A stretch of DNA of 64,000 nt from Nitrospirota bacterium (GCA_040754455.1 JBFMCP010000002.1:160001-224000), one strand, 5' to 3'. Positions 9,704 through 20,371 are shown, counted from the first letter of the stretch. Made by a program: numbers and translations. Notes: generated by a model from the sequence alone, not told the origin.

Positions 9704-11055
9704 AATTATTCGGCACTGACGGTATACGGGGAAAAGTGAACAGGGCCCCCATGACGCCTGAAACGGTCTTGCGGGTGGGCATGGCGGTCGCATCGGTTTT
9801 GAAAAACGACCACGGCAGACACATGGTAGTGATCGGCAAAGACACGCGGCTCTCGGGATACATGATCGAGAGCGCACTGACTTCCGGCATCTGCGCGAAC
9901 GGGATGGATGTGACGCTCGTCGGGCCCATACCGACGCCGGGCGTTGCCTTCCTCACCAGGGCGCTGCGCCTGGATGCAGGGATTGTCATCTCCGCATCGC
10001 ACAATCCCTTCGAAGATAACGGCATCAAGATTTTCTCGCCCAGCGGGTTCAAGCTTTCCGATGAATCCGAAGCGGAGATCGAGCGGATGATCGCCGACGA
10101 TAGTTTCCCCGCGAAGAGAGCGACGGGAGAGAAGATAGGCAGGGCGGTCAGGCTCGATGATGCGACAGGACGGTACATCGAATATATCAAATCGACGATT
10201 CCGAGAGGGGCGGACCTTGAAGGTCTGAAGATCGTCGTCGACTCCGCCAACGGCGCTGCCTATAAGGTCACGCCTGTGCTCCTGAGAGAGCTCGGCGCAG
10301 AGGTCATCTCCATCAACGATAAGCCGAACGGCATCAATATCAATGATAACTGCGGCTCGCTCCACCTGGACTGCATCGCCCGTGCGGTCAAGGAGGCCGG
10401 CGCCCATGTCGGCATAGCGCACGACGGCGATGCCGACAGGACGCTCATCGTCGATGAAAAGGGCAATGTCGTCGACGGCGATCTGATCCTCGGCATCTGG
10501 GCCACGGAGCTGAAGCGGGAGGACCGGCTCAAGGGAAACGGCGTCGTCGCTACGGTGATGAGCAATCTGGGCCTCGAAAAATATTTGGAGCGGCAGGGCA
10601 TTACGCTGGTGCGGGCACAGGTTGGTGACCGCTATGTCGTCGAAGAGATGATCAAGGGCGGCTACAACCTCGGCGGTGAACAATCGGGGCATATCATCTT
10701 TTTTGACTATAACACTACCGGCGATGGGCCGATTACGGCGCTGCAGGTGCTGTACCTGATGCGGAAGAGGAACGAGCTGCTCTCCGATCTTACAAAGGGC
10801 ATCGAGCTCTATCCCCAGGTGCTGTTGAATGTCCCTGTTGCTGAGAGGAAAGATATCAAGAAGGTCCCCGAAATAGCGAAGGCTGCCGACGAAGCCGTCA
10901 GGAAACTCGGGGACAAGGGGAGGCTGCTTGTCAGGCCGTCAGGGACGGAGCTGAAAATCAGGGTGATGGTGGAGGCAGAGGATGCCGCCATGGCAAAGAG
11001 CGTGGCTGAAGAGGTGGCGGGCGTCATCACCACGAGCATGGGAGTTGTCGGTTAG
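9700..11055 (+). CDS. glmM: Phosphoglucosamine mutase
   Basis: LFGTDGIRG, ISASHNP, DGDADR, GGEQSGH, RPSGTE. Confidence 0.96.
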   Translation: MKLFGTDGIRGKVNRAPMTPETVLRVGMAVASVLKNDHGRHMVVIGKDTRLSGYMIESALTSGICANGMDVTLVGPIPTPGVAFLTRALRLDAGIVISASHNPFEDNGIKIFSPSGFKLSDESEAEIERMIADDSFPAKRATGEKIGRAVRLDDATGRYIEYIKSTIPRGADLEGLKIVVDSANGAAYKVTPVLLRELGAEVISINDKPNGININDNCGSLHLDCIARAVKEAGAHVGIAHDGDADRTLIVDEKGNVVDGDLILGIWATELKREDRLKGNGVVATVMSNLGLEKYLERQGITLVRAQVGDRYVVEEMIKGGYNLGGEQSGHIIFFDYNTTGDGPITALQVLYLMRKRNELLSDLTKGIELYPQVLLNVPVAERKDIKKVPEIAKAADEAVRKLGDKGRLLVRPSGTELKIRVMVEAEDAAMAKSVAEEVAGVITTSMGVVG

Positions 11056-11106
11056 GCAAGGGTCCTTGCGCCCGTAACTTTTCATTACCCCTGTGAGCGA
11101 TAGACC

Positions 11107-13575
11107 ATGAGCTATCTTGCGGTATTCATCTTCGGTGCATCGCTCTTTTTTACCTCCCGATTCTTTCCTTTTTCAAGTCTCTTCGCCGCTGCCATTGTCA
11201 TTGCGCTTTTGGGTGCTTGCAGACTCAGGAGAGCGCACGATTCGTTCAGGCAGAAGACGCGTACGGTCATTATTACCGTGCTCGTTGCTGCTGCGGGGTT
11301 CTTTTATGCGCACCTCTGGTATGTTGCACCTCTGCCCCCCTCTGCGGTTGCCGGCACTACGATTGCGGTGAAAGGCACGGTGAGCTCCGAGCCCCTTCCG
11401 CTTTCCTCGCGGGACGGAATGTTTCTGCAGCAGGTGGCAATCGATGCGGCGGAGACAAGCGATCACGAACCGCTCCCCCTGAGGGAACTGCGCGTGATGA
11501 GCCGGGTCCCGCTCACACCGGATACAACGTATTCCCTCAGTGTCGCTATCCCGCGGGAAGGCTCCTTCCTCAATCCCGGAACCGGCGGGGATTTCCCTTA
11601 CGGTTACGCTGTTGCTGTGCAGGAGCATCCGGAACGCCCGGCCTTGTCCTTTGGTCCCGTGCGGGCAAAAATAGGGACCTTTATAAAGAGCAGTTTTTCT
11701 CCTGAAGCGGCGGCCTTCCTCCTCTCCATCGTCATCGGTGAGCGGAATCTCATGCCCAAGGAACTGAACAACGCCTTTAATCGCACCGGACTCGCCCATC
11801 TGCTGAGCATATCCGGAGCTCATTTCGGACTGTTGTTTTTCATTCTCTTCCGGATATTCAGCTGTGCGGTGGTGCGGCTGCCCCATTCTCTGCTGGTCAG
11901 ATTGACGCTCTATACGACGCCGTCCCAGATCGCGGCACTCCTCTCCCTGCCTTTTATGGCCGGCTATCTCGGCATCTCTTCCGCCAGTATCCCTGCAGTC
12001 AGGGCATTTATCATGATTACCCTCTTCCTCTTCGGTCTTTTTGTGCAGAGAGAAGGGTTCTGGCTTGCCTCGCTGCTTTTTGCAGCGGCGCTCATTATCC
12101 TTATGCACCCTGGTGCGATGCTCGACCTTTCGTTCCAGCTCTCCTTCATCGCTGTTCTGTGCATCGGCATGGTAGCGGAACAAAGAGGCAAAGAACCGGC
12201 GTATCGGAGAGCGGGAGAACCGGAGAGAGAAAATACGGAAAATGACGAAGGTGTCATTAAACGCATTCTCCGTTTTATCCTTTTGCCTGCTCGCCGCTTT
12301 ATCGCTTCATCCCTGCTCATCTCACTCGCGGCAACCGTCGGTACCGCTCCGCTCGTGGCATATTCTTTTCATTATTTCTCGTTGGTATCTCCTCTTACCA
12401 ATCTCGTCATAACGCCCCTGGTGGGGTTTGTCATCCTCCCGCTCGCCCTCGCTGCTTCATCCGCTTTTCTCATCTTCGGCGCATTTCCCGACCCCTCTTT
12501 CATCGACAAGCTGACATGCGTTGCACTTGATCTCATAAACTATGCGGCCCGCTGGGATATGGCGGATATCAAGATCCCCGCGTTCCCTTTGATACTCCTC
12601 CTCATGTTCTATTGCGGGATGCTCTTCTTTTTTATTTTGAACATCGGACAGCACGCTGCCGGGCGCAGCAGACTTCACCGGTTCGCTGCGGCATTCTCAG
12701 TGACGATAGCCATTCTGCCTTTGCTGGTCTACGCAGGGTTCAGGGCTGCGGAGCAGAAGGAGCTGCATATTACCTATCTCGATGTGGGGCAGGGGGATGC
12801 CGCGGTTGTCGAACTGCCTGATGAGAGAGTCCTGGTGGTGGATACAGGAAGGAACGGATTCCAGGTCGGAGCATTTTTGAGATATCGGGGTATCAGGAGG
12901 ATCGATGCAGTGGTTCTGTCCCATGGGCAATCAGACCACGCAGGAGGAATGGAGTACCTGCTGAAGCATTTCGACGTACAGGAAGTCTGGGACAATGATC
13001 GCCTGGTGTATGCCGACGGATTTCTGGGAGCATCACTCCACCGGGGCTTTCAGCGGGGAGATGTTATTGAAGGGAGCGGCGGGTACCGTATTGATGTCCT
13101 CCATCCCTACAGCGGCTTTTATACCCCGGCCAGAGGGGAGAGTGATGAGAACAACGACTCGTTCGTATTTAAGATTAGGGGGAGAAAGAATGACTTCCTC
13201 TTTGCAGGGGACATCGAAAGTGCGGCAGCGGCAGACCTTTCGAGCCTCGACGCCTATCTCAGGAGCACGGTGCTGAAGGTCCCTCATCACGGAAGCCGCT
13301 CAGCGGCATCTGAAGCGTTCTTCCGTGCGGTCTCGCCCGAAATAGCCGTTATCAGTGTGGGGCGCAATAACCGGTACGGCCACCCGCACCATGAAATCCT
13401 GGAGATGCTCGGAACAACAAAGACTTTCAGAACCGATAGCGACGGCGCCATAGGTTTCGTCGAACATGCCGATGGAACACTCGATATCAGGACGTGGAGC
13501 GGGTTTCAGCTTGGAGAGGCACGAACGATCCGGGATGAAGTGGTTAATTTTAAAAAACTTTTTCTTGTATGGTAA
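11107..13575 (+). CDS. comEC: DNA internalisation competence protein ComEC/Rec2
   Basis: GLAHLLSISGAH, SFQLSF, LDVGQGDA, LSHGQSDHAGG, LKVPHHGS, NRYGHPH. Confidence 0.93.
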   Translation: MSYLAVFIFGASLFFTSRFFPFSSLFAAAIVIALLGACRLRRAHDSFRQKTRTVIITVLVAAAGFFYAHLWYVAPLPPSAVAGTTIAVKGTVSSEPLPLSSRDGMFLQQVAIDAAETSDHEPLPLRELRVMSRVPLTPDTTYSLSVAIPREGSFLNPGTGGDFPYGYAVAVQEHPERPALSFGPVRAKIGTFIKSSFSPEAAAFLLSIVIGERNLMPKELNNAFNRTGLAHLLSISGAHFGLLFFILFRIFSCAVVRLPHSLLVRLTLYTTPSQIAALLSLPFMAGYLGISSASIPAVRAFIMITLFLFGLFVQREGFWLASLLFAAALIILMHPGAMLDLSFQLSFIAVLCIGMVAEQRGKEPAYRRAGEPERENTENDEGVIKRILRFILLPARRFIASSLLISLAATVGTAPLVAYSFHYFSLVSPLTNLVITPLVGFVILPLALAASSAFLIFGAFPDPSFIDKLTCVALDLINYAARWDMADIKIPAFPLILLLMFYCGMLFFFILNIGQHAAGRSRLHRFAAAFSVTIAILPLLVYAGFRAAEQKELHITYLDVGQGDAAVVELPDERVLVVDTGRNGFQVGAFLRYRGIRRIDAVVLSHGQSDHAGGMEYLLKHFDVQEVWDNDRLVYADGFLGASLHRGFQRGDVIEGSGGYRIDVLHPYSGFYTPARGESDENNDSFVFKIRGRKNDFLFAGDIESAAAADLSSLDAYLRSTVLKVPHHGSRSAASEAFFRAVSPEIAVISVGRNNRYGHPHHEILEMLGTTKTFRTDSDGAIGFVEHADGTLDIRTWSGFQLGEARTIRDEVVNFKKLFLVW

Positions 13576-13585
13576 AATAATTGGT

Positions 13586-13661
13586 TATCAGCCGTCAGCA
13601 AAGGGCAGAGAAAAACAGCATAAAGGTCTTTACCTATGCTGAAGGCTGATTGTTGAGGGCT
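13586..13661. repeat. Inverted TCAGC/GCTGA heptamer element, homologous to 22791-22882
   Basis: tatcagc-cgtcagc ... gctgaag-gctgatt-gttgagg-gct. Confidence 0.7.
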
Positions 13662-13679
13662 ATTCTGGTGGAGAAAAAT

Positions 13680-14321
13680 ATGATTGCCATTGTTGATTAC
13701 GGGATGGGAAACATAAGGAGCGTCGAAAAAGGATTCATCAAGGTCGGCGCCGGGGTGAAGGTCACGTCCGACCCCAAGGTAATCGCTGATGCGAAAGGCA
13801 TCGTGCTTCCCGGTGTGGGGGCATTCAAGGATTGCATGGCCAATCTCGACAAGCTCTCACTCCTCGACGTGATCACCAGGGAGATAGCAAAGGGCAAGCC
13901 CTATCTCGGCATCTGCCTCGGCCTTCAGATACTGTTTGCCGAGTCCGAGGAATTCGGCTTCTGCAAGGGCATGAACGTGCTCAGAGGAAAGGTGGTCAAA
14001 TTCAGATTTGATGGTAATCAGCAATCAGCAGTCAGCAATCAGCAATTAAAGATTCCACATATGGGATGGAATACGGCGCGGTTGATCAGGAAACCGCCGA
14101 TCTTCGGCGGAATTGACGATCAGTCATATTTCTACTTTGTCCACTCCTACTATGTCGTGCCCGAGGACGAGGGTGTTATTGCTGCGCGGACCGACTACGG
14201 CGTCGATTTCGTCTCGATGGTATGGAAGGATAATATCTTCGCCACGCAGTTCCATCCGGAAAAGAGTCAGGACCTTGGACTGAAGATTCTCAAGGGATTT
14301 AGCGAGTTTGTAACAAAGTGA
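13680..14321 (+). CDS. hisH: Imidazole glycerol phosphate synthase subunit HisH
   Basis: [48 protein letters not shown] at 13680 preferred. Confidence 0.95.
   Translation: MIAIVDYGMGNIRSVEKGFIKVGAGVKVTSDPKVIADAKGIVLPGVGAFKDCMANLDKLSLLDVITREIAKGKPYLGICLGLQILFAESEEFGFCKGMNVLRGKVVKFRFDGNQQSAVSNQQLKIPHMGWNTARLIRKPPIFGGIDDQSYFYFVHSYYVVPEDEGVIAARTDYGVDFVSMVWKDNIFATQFHPEKSQDLGLKILKGFSEFVTK
14016..14043 (+). repeat. Four tandem heptamers (ARTCAGC) inside hisH
   Basis: aatcagc aatcagc agtcagc aatcagc, encoding [10 protein letters not shown]. Confidence 0.9.
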
Positions 14322-16222
14322 GCGAACAGACCGTAAAAAGCATTATCCTCGGTACCGCAGGACATATCGACCACGGCAAAAGTTCTCTGGTGAAGGCACT
14401 CACCGGAGTCGATCCCGACCGCCTGAAAGAGGAGAAGGAGCGGGGCATCACCATAGACCTCGGCTTTGCCAGCCTCTCGTACCCCGACGGACTTTCGGTG
14501 GGGATTGTCGATGTGCCCGGACATGAGCGCCTGATCAAAAACATGCTGGCGGGTGCGGGCGGCATCGATATCCTGCTCATGGTGATTGCCGCCGACGAGG
14601 GCATCATGCCCCAGAGCCGCGAACACCTCGCCATCTGCGAGCTCCTCAAAATCAAGGACGGCATTGTCGTCGTCACCAAGGCGGATCTCGTCGATGAGGA
14701 GTGGCTGCAGCTTGTTACTGAAGATGTGCGGACTTTTGTTAAGGGAACTTTCCTCGAGCACGCGGAAATCATCCCGGTGTCGGCTAAGAGCGGTCTGAAT
14801 CTCGAGAAGCTCAAGGACAAGATACACGAGGTGGCCCGTACCGTTAAGCCGAAGCTGATCGACGGGCTGTTCAGGCTCCCGATCGATAGGGTATTTACCC
14901 TGAAGGGATTCGGCACGGTCGTGACCGGCACCGCACTGTCAGGGACTATCGCACTGGATGCCCCTGTCGAGATACTGCCCTCACGCATCAGCACCAAAGT
15001 GCGGGGACTCCAGAGCCACGGCAGGAGCGTTGATAAAGCATTTGCCGGGCAGCGCATCGGCATCAATCTCCAGGGCGTCGACAAAGACCTGCTCAAGCGC
15101 GGAGATGTGGTGGTCGATTCGGACAAGCTCGTTCCCACTGCGGTGCTGGATGCGGAGCTGGAGCTCCTTGAGGACGCCCCGCTGCTCAAGAGCAGGGACC
15201 GGGTGCATTTTTACGCAGGGACCTCGGAGACGATCGCCAGGATTGTTATCTATGACCGGGATGAGGTGAGGGCAGGCGAATCGTGCTACTGCCAGTTCCG
15301 CCTCGAAGAGCCGATCGTCGCCCTCTCCGGCGACCGGTACATCATCAGGAGGTTTTCGCCCCTCGAAACGATCGGCGGAGGGTCGATTCTCGATCCCTAC
15401 CCGATCAAGCGCAAAAGGAGCACCGGTATCGAGGACCTCATCCTTTTCAAGGAGGGGTCGCTGAGGGATAAGATCGAGGTAAAGGTAAAGAGGGCGCATA
15501 TCAACGGCTGCCGTATTGCCGAAATCGAAGGATGGATCCAGGCGAATATTCCCGAGATAAGAACAAACATCGAGCAATTGCTCAAAGAGGGTATACTGGT
15601 CAAGAGCAGCGACGTCCTGTTCCATAAGACCGCGCTGGCCGCCTTTAGAGAGGCGCTCATCGCAGAGCTCAAACGGTTTCATAAAGAGCATCCCCTGAAG
15701 CCGGGCATGACAAAAGAGGACCTGAGGACGCGCATCAGGATCTATCAAAAGGATGCCGAGAGGGTCTTCAACAGTCTGGTCGATATGGTGAAGGAAGTGG
15801 TGGTCGAGAAGGAGACGGTACGTCTCAAGGACTTCACGGTGGCCCTGACCAGCACGGATGAGGGAGTGAAGGGCAGGATCATCGCAACCCTCAACAAAGA
15901 GGGATTTCAGCCCTCATTCAAGCCCGAGCTCGCCCAGAAGCTGTCCCTTGGTGAAAGGGAGCTCGGCGATCTGCTCAAGCTCCTGACTGCGGAGGGCGCG
16001 CTGGTGCGCATCAACGATTCCCTGTATATAACGAAAGAGCAGTATGACAGGATCATCGCATTGCTGAAAGACTTCTCTTCGAAAAAGAGCGAGATGACCG
16101 TTGCGGAGTTCCGAGACCTCCTGGGCACTACCCGCAAGTATGCCCTTCCGTTCCTCGAGTATTTCGATTCCCATCGGATGACGCTGAGGGTTGGGGATAC
16201 GAGAAAATTAATGATAAAATAA
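14318..16222 (+). CDS. selB: Selenocysteine-specific elongation factor
   Basis: [31 protein letters not shown]-terminal winged-helix [13 protein letters not shown]. Confidence 0.96.
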   Translation: MSEQTVKSIILGTAGHIDHGKSSLVKALTGVDPDRLKEEKERGITIDLGFASLSYPDGLSVGIVDVPGHERLIKNMLAGAGGIDILLMVIAADEGIMPQSREHLAICELLKIKDGIVVVTKADLVDEEWLQLVTEDVRTFVKGTFLEHAEIIPVSAKSGLNLEKLKDKIHEVARTVKPKLIDGLFRLPIDRVFTLKGFGTVVTGTALSGTIALDAPVEILPSRISTKVRGLQSHGRSVDKAFAGQRIGINLQGVDKDLLKRGDVVVDSDKLVPTAVLDAELELLEDAPLLKSRDRVHFYAGTSETIARIVIYDRDEVRAGESCYCQFRLEEPIVALSGDRYIIRRFSPLETIGGGSILDPYPIKRKRSTGIEDLILFKEGSLRDKIEVKVKRAHINGCRIAEIEGWIQANIPEIRTNIEQLLKEGILVKSSDVLFHKTALAAFREALIAELKRFHKEHPLKPGMTKEDLRTRIRIYQKDAERVFNSLVDMVKEVVVEKETVRLKDFTVALTSTDEGVKGRIIATLNKEGFQPSFKPELAQKLSLGERELGDLLKLLTAEGALVRINDSLYITKEQYDRIIALLKDFSSKKSEMTVAEFRDLLGTTRKYALPFLEYFDSHRMTLRVGDTRKLMIK

Positions 16223-16225
16223 AAA

Positions 16226-16314
16226 AGAATTCAGAATTCAGGAGCCGGAAGCCAGAGTAAAGAAAAAGATCTGAACTGATTTATTCTGACTCCTGGATTC
16301 TGGCTTCCGGCTCC
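16226..16314. repeat. Inverted heptamer array (AGAATTC/GGAAGCC type) with a 16-bp perfect inverted core
   Basis: agaattc-agaattc-aggagcc-ggaagcc-aga ... ttctgac-tcctgga-ttctggc-ttccggc-tcc; ggagccggaagccaga pairs with tctggcttccggctcc. Confidence 0.8.
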
Positions 16315-16359
16315 AGTTTTTACTACTAACAACTACGAAAGGGCAGTACAGCGAACACA

Positions 16360-17814
16360 ATGAAAAGACGGTTACTCTGGATTCCGGCCATTCTTCTGAT
16401 CGGGTTCTTATTGGGCGGCATCACCTATTATTTCCTCAGCAAGAGTATTGCGCCTACCTATATCCCGTTTACTCCACGGGTCCCTGGGTCGATCGTCGAG
16501 AGCTCGAGGGCCTTCTCCGAAATCGTGCGTGCGGTCTCTCCCTCGGTCGTCAATATATCGAGTATCAAGACACTCAAGCGCCAGCCGACCCCCTTTGATG
16601 AATTCTTCGATTTCCTCTACCCGTTTCCTGACGGCAATGCGAAGCGATGGAAAGAGCAGAGCCTCGGCTCCGGTGTCATCGTTTCTGCAGACGGCTATAT
16701 TGTCACGAACAACCATGTCGTCGAGCAATCGGACGATATCAAGGTGATCCTCTTCGACAAGCGGAGCTTCAGGGCGAAGATCATCGGAGCAGACCCCAAG
16801 ACCGACCTTGCCATCATCAAGATCAATGCGAAGGACCTCCCCGTCGTCCCCTGGGGAGACTCGGAGCGGCTCCAGGTGGGTGAGTTTGTTCTCGCGATAG
16901 GTAATCCTTTCGGCTTGCGGCATACCGTTACCATGGGCATCATCAGTGCCGTGGGCCGGGCGGATGTCGGCATTGCCGATTACGAAAATTTCATTCAGAC
17001 CGATGCTGCCATTAACCCCGGCAACTCCGGCGGGCCGTTGGTCAATATCAAGGGAGAGCTGATCGGCATCAATACCGCCATATTCTCGAAGACCGGCGGC
17101 TATCAGGGGATCGGGTTTGCGGTGCCGAGCGGCATGGTCCGCGTCGTTATGGAGCAGCTGATCAGCAAAGGGAAAGTCACCAGAGGATGGATCGGCGTCA
17201 CCATCCAGGAGCTCACCCCCGAGATCGCCCAGAAGTTCAACCTCAAGACCTCTGACGGCGCTCTGGTAAGCGATGTGGCAAAGGGGAGCCCAGCACACAA
17301 GGCAGGGATCATGAGAGGCGATATTATCCTCGAGTTTGACGGGAAAAAAATCAGCGATGTTGGTGTGCTGCGGAATATGGTCGCCCAGAGCAGGGTCGGG
17401 TCACAGGTCCCGATACGGCTGCTGAGAGGGGGCAAGGAGCTGATAGTAACGGCAACCATTACCGAGCTGCCATCGGACGGGACCGAGCCGGCGCCGGGTG
17501 CGCCGCAAAGGCCGGAAGAGGAGGGAAGCGTTCTGTCCGGAATCGCTGCCGTCGACCTTAACCGTGCCATCGCAAAGCAGCTCGGCGTCGATAAGGACGA
17601 AAAGGGCGTTGTCATCATAAAGGTCGAACCGGGGTCTCCGGCGGATGAGTCGGGGATCAGGAAGGGCGATATCATCCAGGAGATCGACCGGCAGAAGATC
17701 AACAACCTGAACGACTTCAACAGGGTCATTTCCAAGACAAAGGCCGATGATGCGGTCTTGCTGTTCATCAACCGCAACGGCAGGAAGTTCTATGTTGCGG
17801 TATCGCCGCAATAA
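16360..17814 (+). CDS. degP: DegP/DegQ (HtrA) serine protease with two PDZ domains
   Basis: SLGSGVI, TNNHVV, QTDAAINPGNSGGPL, two PDZ domains. Confidence 0.92.
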   Translation: MKRRLLWIPAILLIGFLLGGITYYFLSKSIAPTYIPFTPRVPGSIVESSRAFSEIVRAVSPSVVNISSIKTLKRQPTPFDEFFDFLYPFPDGNAKRWKEQSLGSGVIVSADGYIVTNNHVVEQSDDIKVILFDKRSFRAKIIGADPKTDLAIIKINAKDLPVVPWGDSERLQVGEFVLAIGNPFGLRHTVTMGIISAVGRADVGIADYENFIQTDAAINPGNSGGPLVNIKGELIGINTAIFSKTGGYQGIGFAVPSGMVRVVMEQLISKGKVTRGWIGVTIQELTPEIAQKFNLKTSDGALVSDVAKGSPAHKAGIMRGDIILEFDGKKISDVGVLRNMVAQSRVGSQVPIRLLRGGKELIVTATITELPSDGTEPAPGAPQRPEEEGSVLSGIAAVDLNRAIAKQLGVDKDEKGVVIIKVEPGSPADESGIRKGDIIQEIDRQKINNLNDFNRVISKTKADDAVLLFINRNGRKFYVAVSPQ

Positions 17815-17818
17815 AGGC

Positions 17819-17894
17819 AAATCCTAACCACGAAACTCTAAATCCTAAATTAAGGACTTTAGGTTCAGCGTTTAGATAGTAGATTTCGGATTTT
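17819..17894. repeat. Inverted heptamer array (AAATCCT type)
   Basis: aaatcct-aaccacg-aaactct-aaatcct-aaat ... tttagat-agtagat-ttcggat-ttt. Confidence 0.65.
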
Positions 17895-17916
17895 AACGAG
17901 AGGAGGTGATACAGAG

Positions 17917-18897
17917 GTGCATATACTTGCAAAGAGTGCTGTTGTCGCGATCTTTGTCATAGTAGGCTATTTTTACGGTTTCAGATACGGCTTTATTGTA
18001 GAAGGATTGGTTGCAGGACTTTTTCTCGGCCTTATCTCTCTCTTGGTCGAATCCCGCCTGCGGAGGGTCTCCTTTGGCTCTGTGCTCGGTGGCCTGGTCG
18101 GATTGGGGATGGGCCTGGTGTTCGCAGTGCTGCTGCTCTTCCCCCTTCGCTCCATTGTTACCGACGAAAACTGGGGAATCGCATCATTTGTGCTTACAGC
18201 GGTCCTTGGCTACGGCGGCCTGTTCGTCGGGCTGCAGAGGGGCAAGAATCTCACTATTCCCGCAATTATGCGGCTGTTCAAAGGACAGGAGCTCGAGCAG
18301 GACATTAAGATACTGGATACCAGCGTCATTATCGACGGCCGCATTGCAGATGTCATTGAGGCGGGATTTCTTGAAGGCACGTTCATTATTGCCCAGTTCA
18401 TCCTGCAGGAGCTGCAGTACATCGCGGATTCGCCGGACCCCATGAGAAGGGCGAAAGGAAGGCGGGGGCTCGATATCCTCCATCGCATTCAGAAGATGGC
18501 GAACATCAAGGTAAGGATTGTTGAAGAGGACTTTCCGAAGATCAAGGAGGTCGATGCGAAGCTCATCTCCCTTGCACGGCTGATGAACGGCAAGATCATC
18601 ACCAATGATTTCAATCTGAACAAGGTGGCGCAGCTCCAGGGCGTCCCGGTACTCAACATCAATGAGCTGGCCAATGTTCTCAAGCCGGTGGTGCTGCCGG
18701 GCGAAGTGCTGAACCTTTTTATCGTCAAAGAGGGCAAGGAGCACAATCAGGGCGTCGCTTACCTCGATGATGGAACAATGGTAGTTGTGGAGAATGCGAG
18801 AAGACTGATAGGAAGGAATGCCGATCTGGTGGTCACCAGCGTCCTGCAGACAACGGCGGGAAGGATGATCTTTGCACGGCTGAAGGAAGAGGAGTAA
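17917..18897 (+). CDS. PIN/TRAM domain membrane protein (YacL-like)
   Basis: LDTSVIIDGRI, RGRRGLDIL-like GRRGLDIL, TNDFNLNK, YLDDGTMVVVE, SVLQTTAGRMIF; upstream of ispD as usual. Confidence 0.92.
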   Translation: MHILAKSAVVAIFVIVGYFYGFRYGFIVEGLVAGLFLGLISLLVESRLRRVSFGSVLGGLVGLGMGLVFAVLLLFPLRSIVTDENWGIASFVLTAVLGYGGLFVGLQRGKNLTIPAIMRLFKGQELEQDIKILDTSVIIDGRIADVIEAGFLEGTFIIAQFILQELQYIADSPDPMRRAKGRRGLDILHRIQKMANIKVRIVEEDFPKIKEVDAKLISLARLMNGKIITNDFNLNKVAQLQGVPVLNINELANVLKPVVLPGEVLNLFIVKEGKEHNQGVAYLDDGTMVVVENARRLIGRNADLVVTSVLQTTAGRMIFARLKEEE

Positions 18898-18899
18898 GG

Positions 18900-19061
18900 A
18901 AGTGGCAGGAGTGGGTACGGAAAGGAGCTTTCTCATGCGCAATTTATTTGAATGGATATGCCTCTCTCAATTGTAAAGATAGATGCTATCGAGGATGTGA
19001 GATCTTAGTGGAAGCTAAGGAGGCGCTAGAAAGCTCCTTTCCGTACCCACTCCTGCCACTT
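18900..19061. mobile_element. MITE-like element: 34-bp perfect terminal inverted repeats around a 94-bp spacer
   Basis: AAGTGGCAGGAGTGGGTACGGAAAGGAGCTTTCT at 18900-18933 and its exact reverse complement at 19028-19061. The repeat is certain; mobility is inferred. Confidence 0.55.
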
Positions 19062-19087
19062 ATATAGTGGAAAGAGAATAAAAGAAT

Positions 19088-19816
19088 ATGGATCACAAGA
19101 AGGGAAAGATTGCCGCTATTGTTCCTGCTGCGGGGGTCGGGAAGCGGTTCGGCCAGGACAGGAACAAATCGCTCTATGAGCTTGCAGGAAAGCCGCTGCT
19201 GATCTGGGTGCTCGAAGCGCTCCAGGGCGTGGGGGAGATTGACGAGATCGTCCCGGTGCTCAAGGGCGAGGATATCGCGCCAGGTGCTGCATTGATAGAG
19301 CAGTATGGTATTACGAAAGTGAAGCGTGTCATTCCCGGCGGCAGGGAGCGACAGGATTCGGTTTATAACGGTCTCAAAGCTCTGGACGGCAGGGCCTCTG
19401 TTGTTGCTATTCATGATGGAGCACGGCCGCTGGCGGATGCGGAGTTGATCCGGAGGACCCTTAGGGGCCTCGGCGATTTTGATGGTGCTGTTGCAGCAGT
19501 GCCGGTGAAGGATACCATAAAAGAAGGTAAGCTCCACAGGGATGAGGAGGGGAGCGAAACTAATGAGATTGTCGTCAGGAGGACATTAGACCGTGCGGTC
19601 CTCTGGGCGATCCAGACGCCCCAGACCTTTTACTTGGAGAAGCTTAGGAATGCACACGAGAAAGCGCGTGCCGATGAATATTACGCTACCGATGATGCAG
19701 CCCTTGTCGAAAAATACGGAGGGTTGATAAGGATCGTCGAGGGCTCCTATAGGAATATCAAGGTAACCACGCCTGAAGATATCGCCATCGCGGAAGCCCT
19801 CTTGAAATGTAGATAG
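19088..19816 (+). CDS. ispD: 2-C-methyl-D-erythritol 4-phosphate cytidylyltransferase
   Basis: PAAGVGKRFG, GGRERQDSV, IHDGARP, QTPQ, TDDA, NIKVTTPED. Confidence 0.95.
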   Translation: MDHKKGKIAAIVPAAGVGKRFGQDRNKSLYELAGKPLLIWVLEALQGVGEIDEIVPVLKGEDIAPGAALIEQYGITKVKRVIPGGRERQDSVYNGLKALDGRASVVAIHDGARPLADAELIRRTLRGLGDFDGAVAAVPVKDTIKEGKLHRDEEGSETNEIVVRRTLDRAVLWAIQTPQTFYLEKLRNAHEKARADEYYATDDAALVEKYGGLIRIVEGSYRNIKVTTPEDIAIAEALLKCR

Positions 19817-19900
19817 CCCGTATCCGGCTCCTCACTATGCCTTCCTGAATAGAGAATCAAAATGCTCAAATTTGTTGCATTTGTTTTATAATGTAAGCCT

Positions 19901-20371
19901 ATGCGTATAGGTATCGGCTACGATTCACATCGACTTGTTGAGGGCAGAAAGCTCATTATCGGCGGGGTGGATATCCCTTTTGAAAAGGGACTGCTCGGCC
20001 ACTCCGATGGCGATGTGCTGTGCCACGCAATTATCGATGCGCTCATCGGCGCGCTCGGTGAAGGGGATATAGGAAAGCATTTTCCTGATACCGACAACCG
20101 ATGGAAAGATGCATCGAGCATTATGCTGCTCAGGCATATTGTCAATATGGTGAAGTCAAAGGGCTTCGAAATCCAGTGGATCGATGCCGTCATCATCACT
20201 GAAAGACCCAAAATGGCCCCTCATATCGATTTCATGAAAGCTGCGATTGAACAGGCCGGCATTCTCCCCTCGGTGATCAACATCAAGGCAAAGACGAATG
20301 AAGGAATGGGGTTCATCGGCAAAGAGGAGGGTATTGTCTCGCAGGCGGTATGCCTTATAAAGCAGATATAA
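19901..20371 (+). CDS. ispF: 2-C-methyl-D-erythritol 2,4-cyclodiphosphate synthase
   Basis: MRIGIGYDSH, GHSDGDV, GDIGKHFPD, NIKAKTNE. Confidence 0.96.
   Translation: MRIGIGYDSHRLVEGRKLIIGGVDIPFEKGLLGHSDGDVLCHAIIDALIGALGEGDIGKHFPDTDNRWKDASSIMLLRHIVNMVKSKGFEIQWIDAVIITERPKMAPHIDFMKAAIEQAGILPSVINIKAKTNEGMGFIGKEEGIVSQAVCLIKQI

Noticed and set aside
1..16222. Selenoprotein with UGA read-through near selB
   Set aside because: I found no in-frame TGA interrupting a recognisable domain; the Mo-ligand region of the first gene is outside the window.
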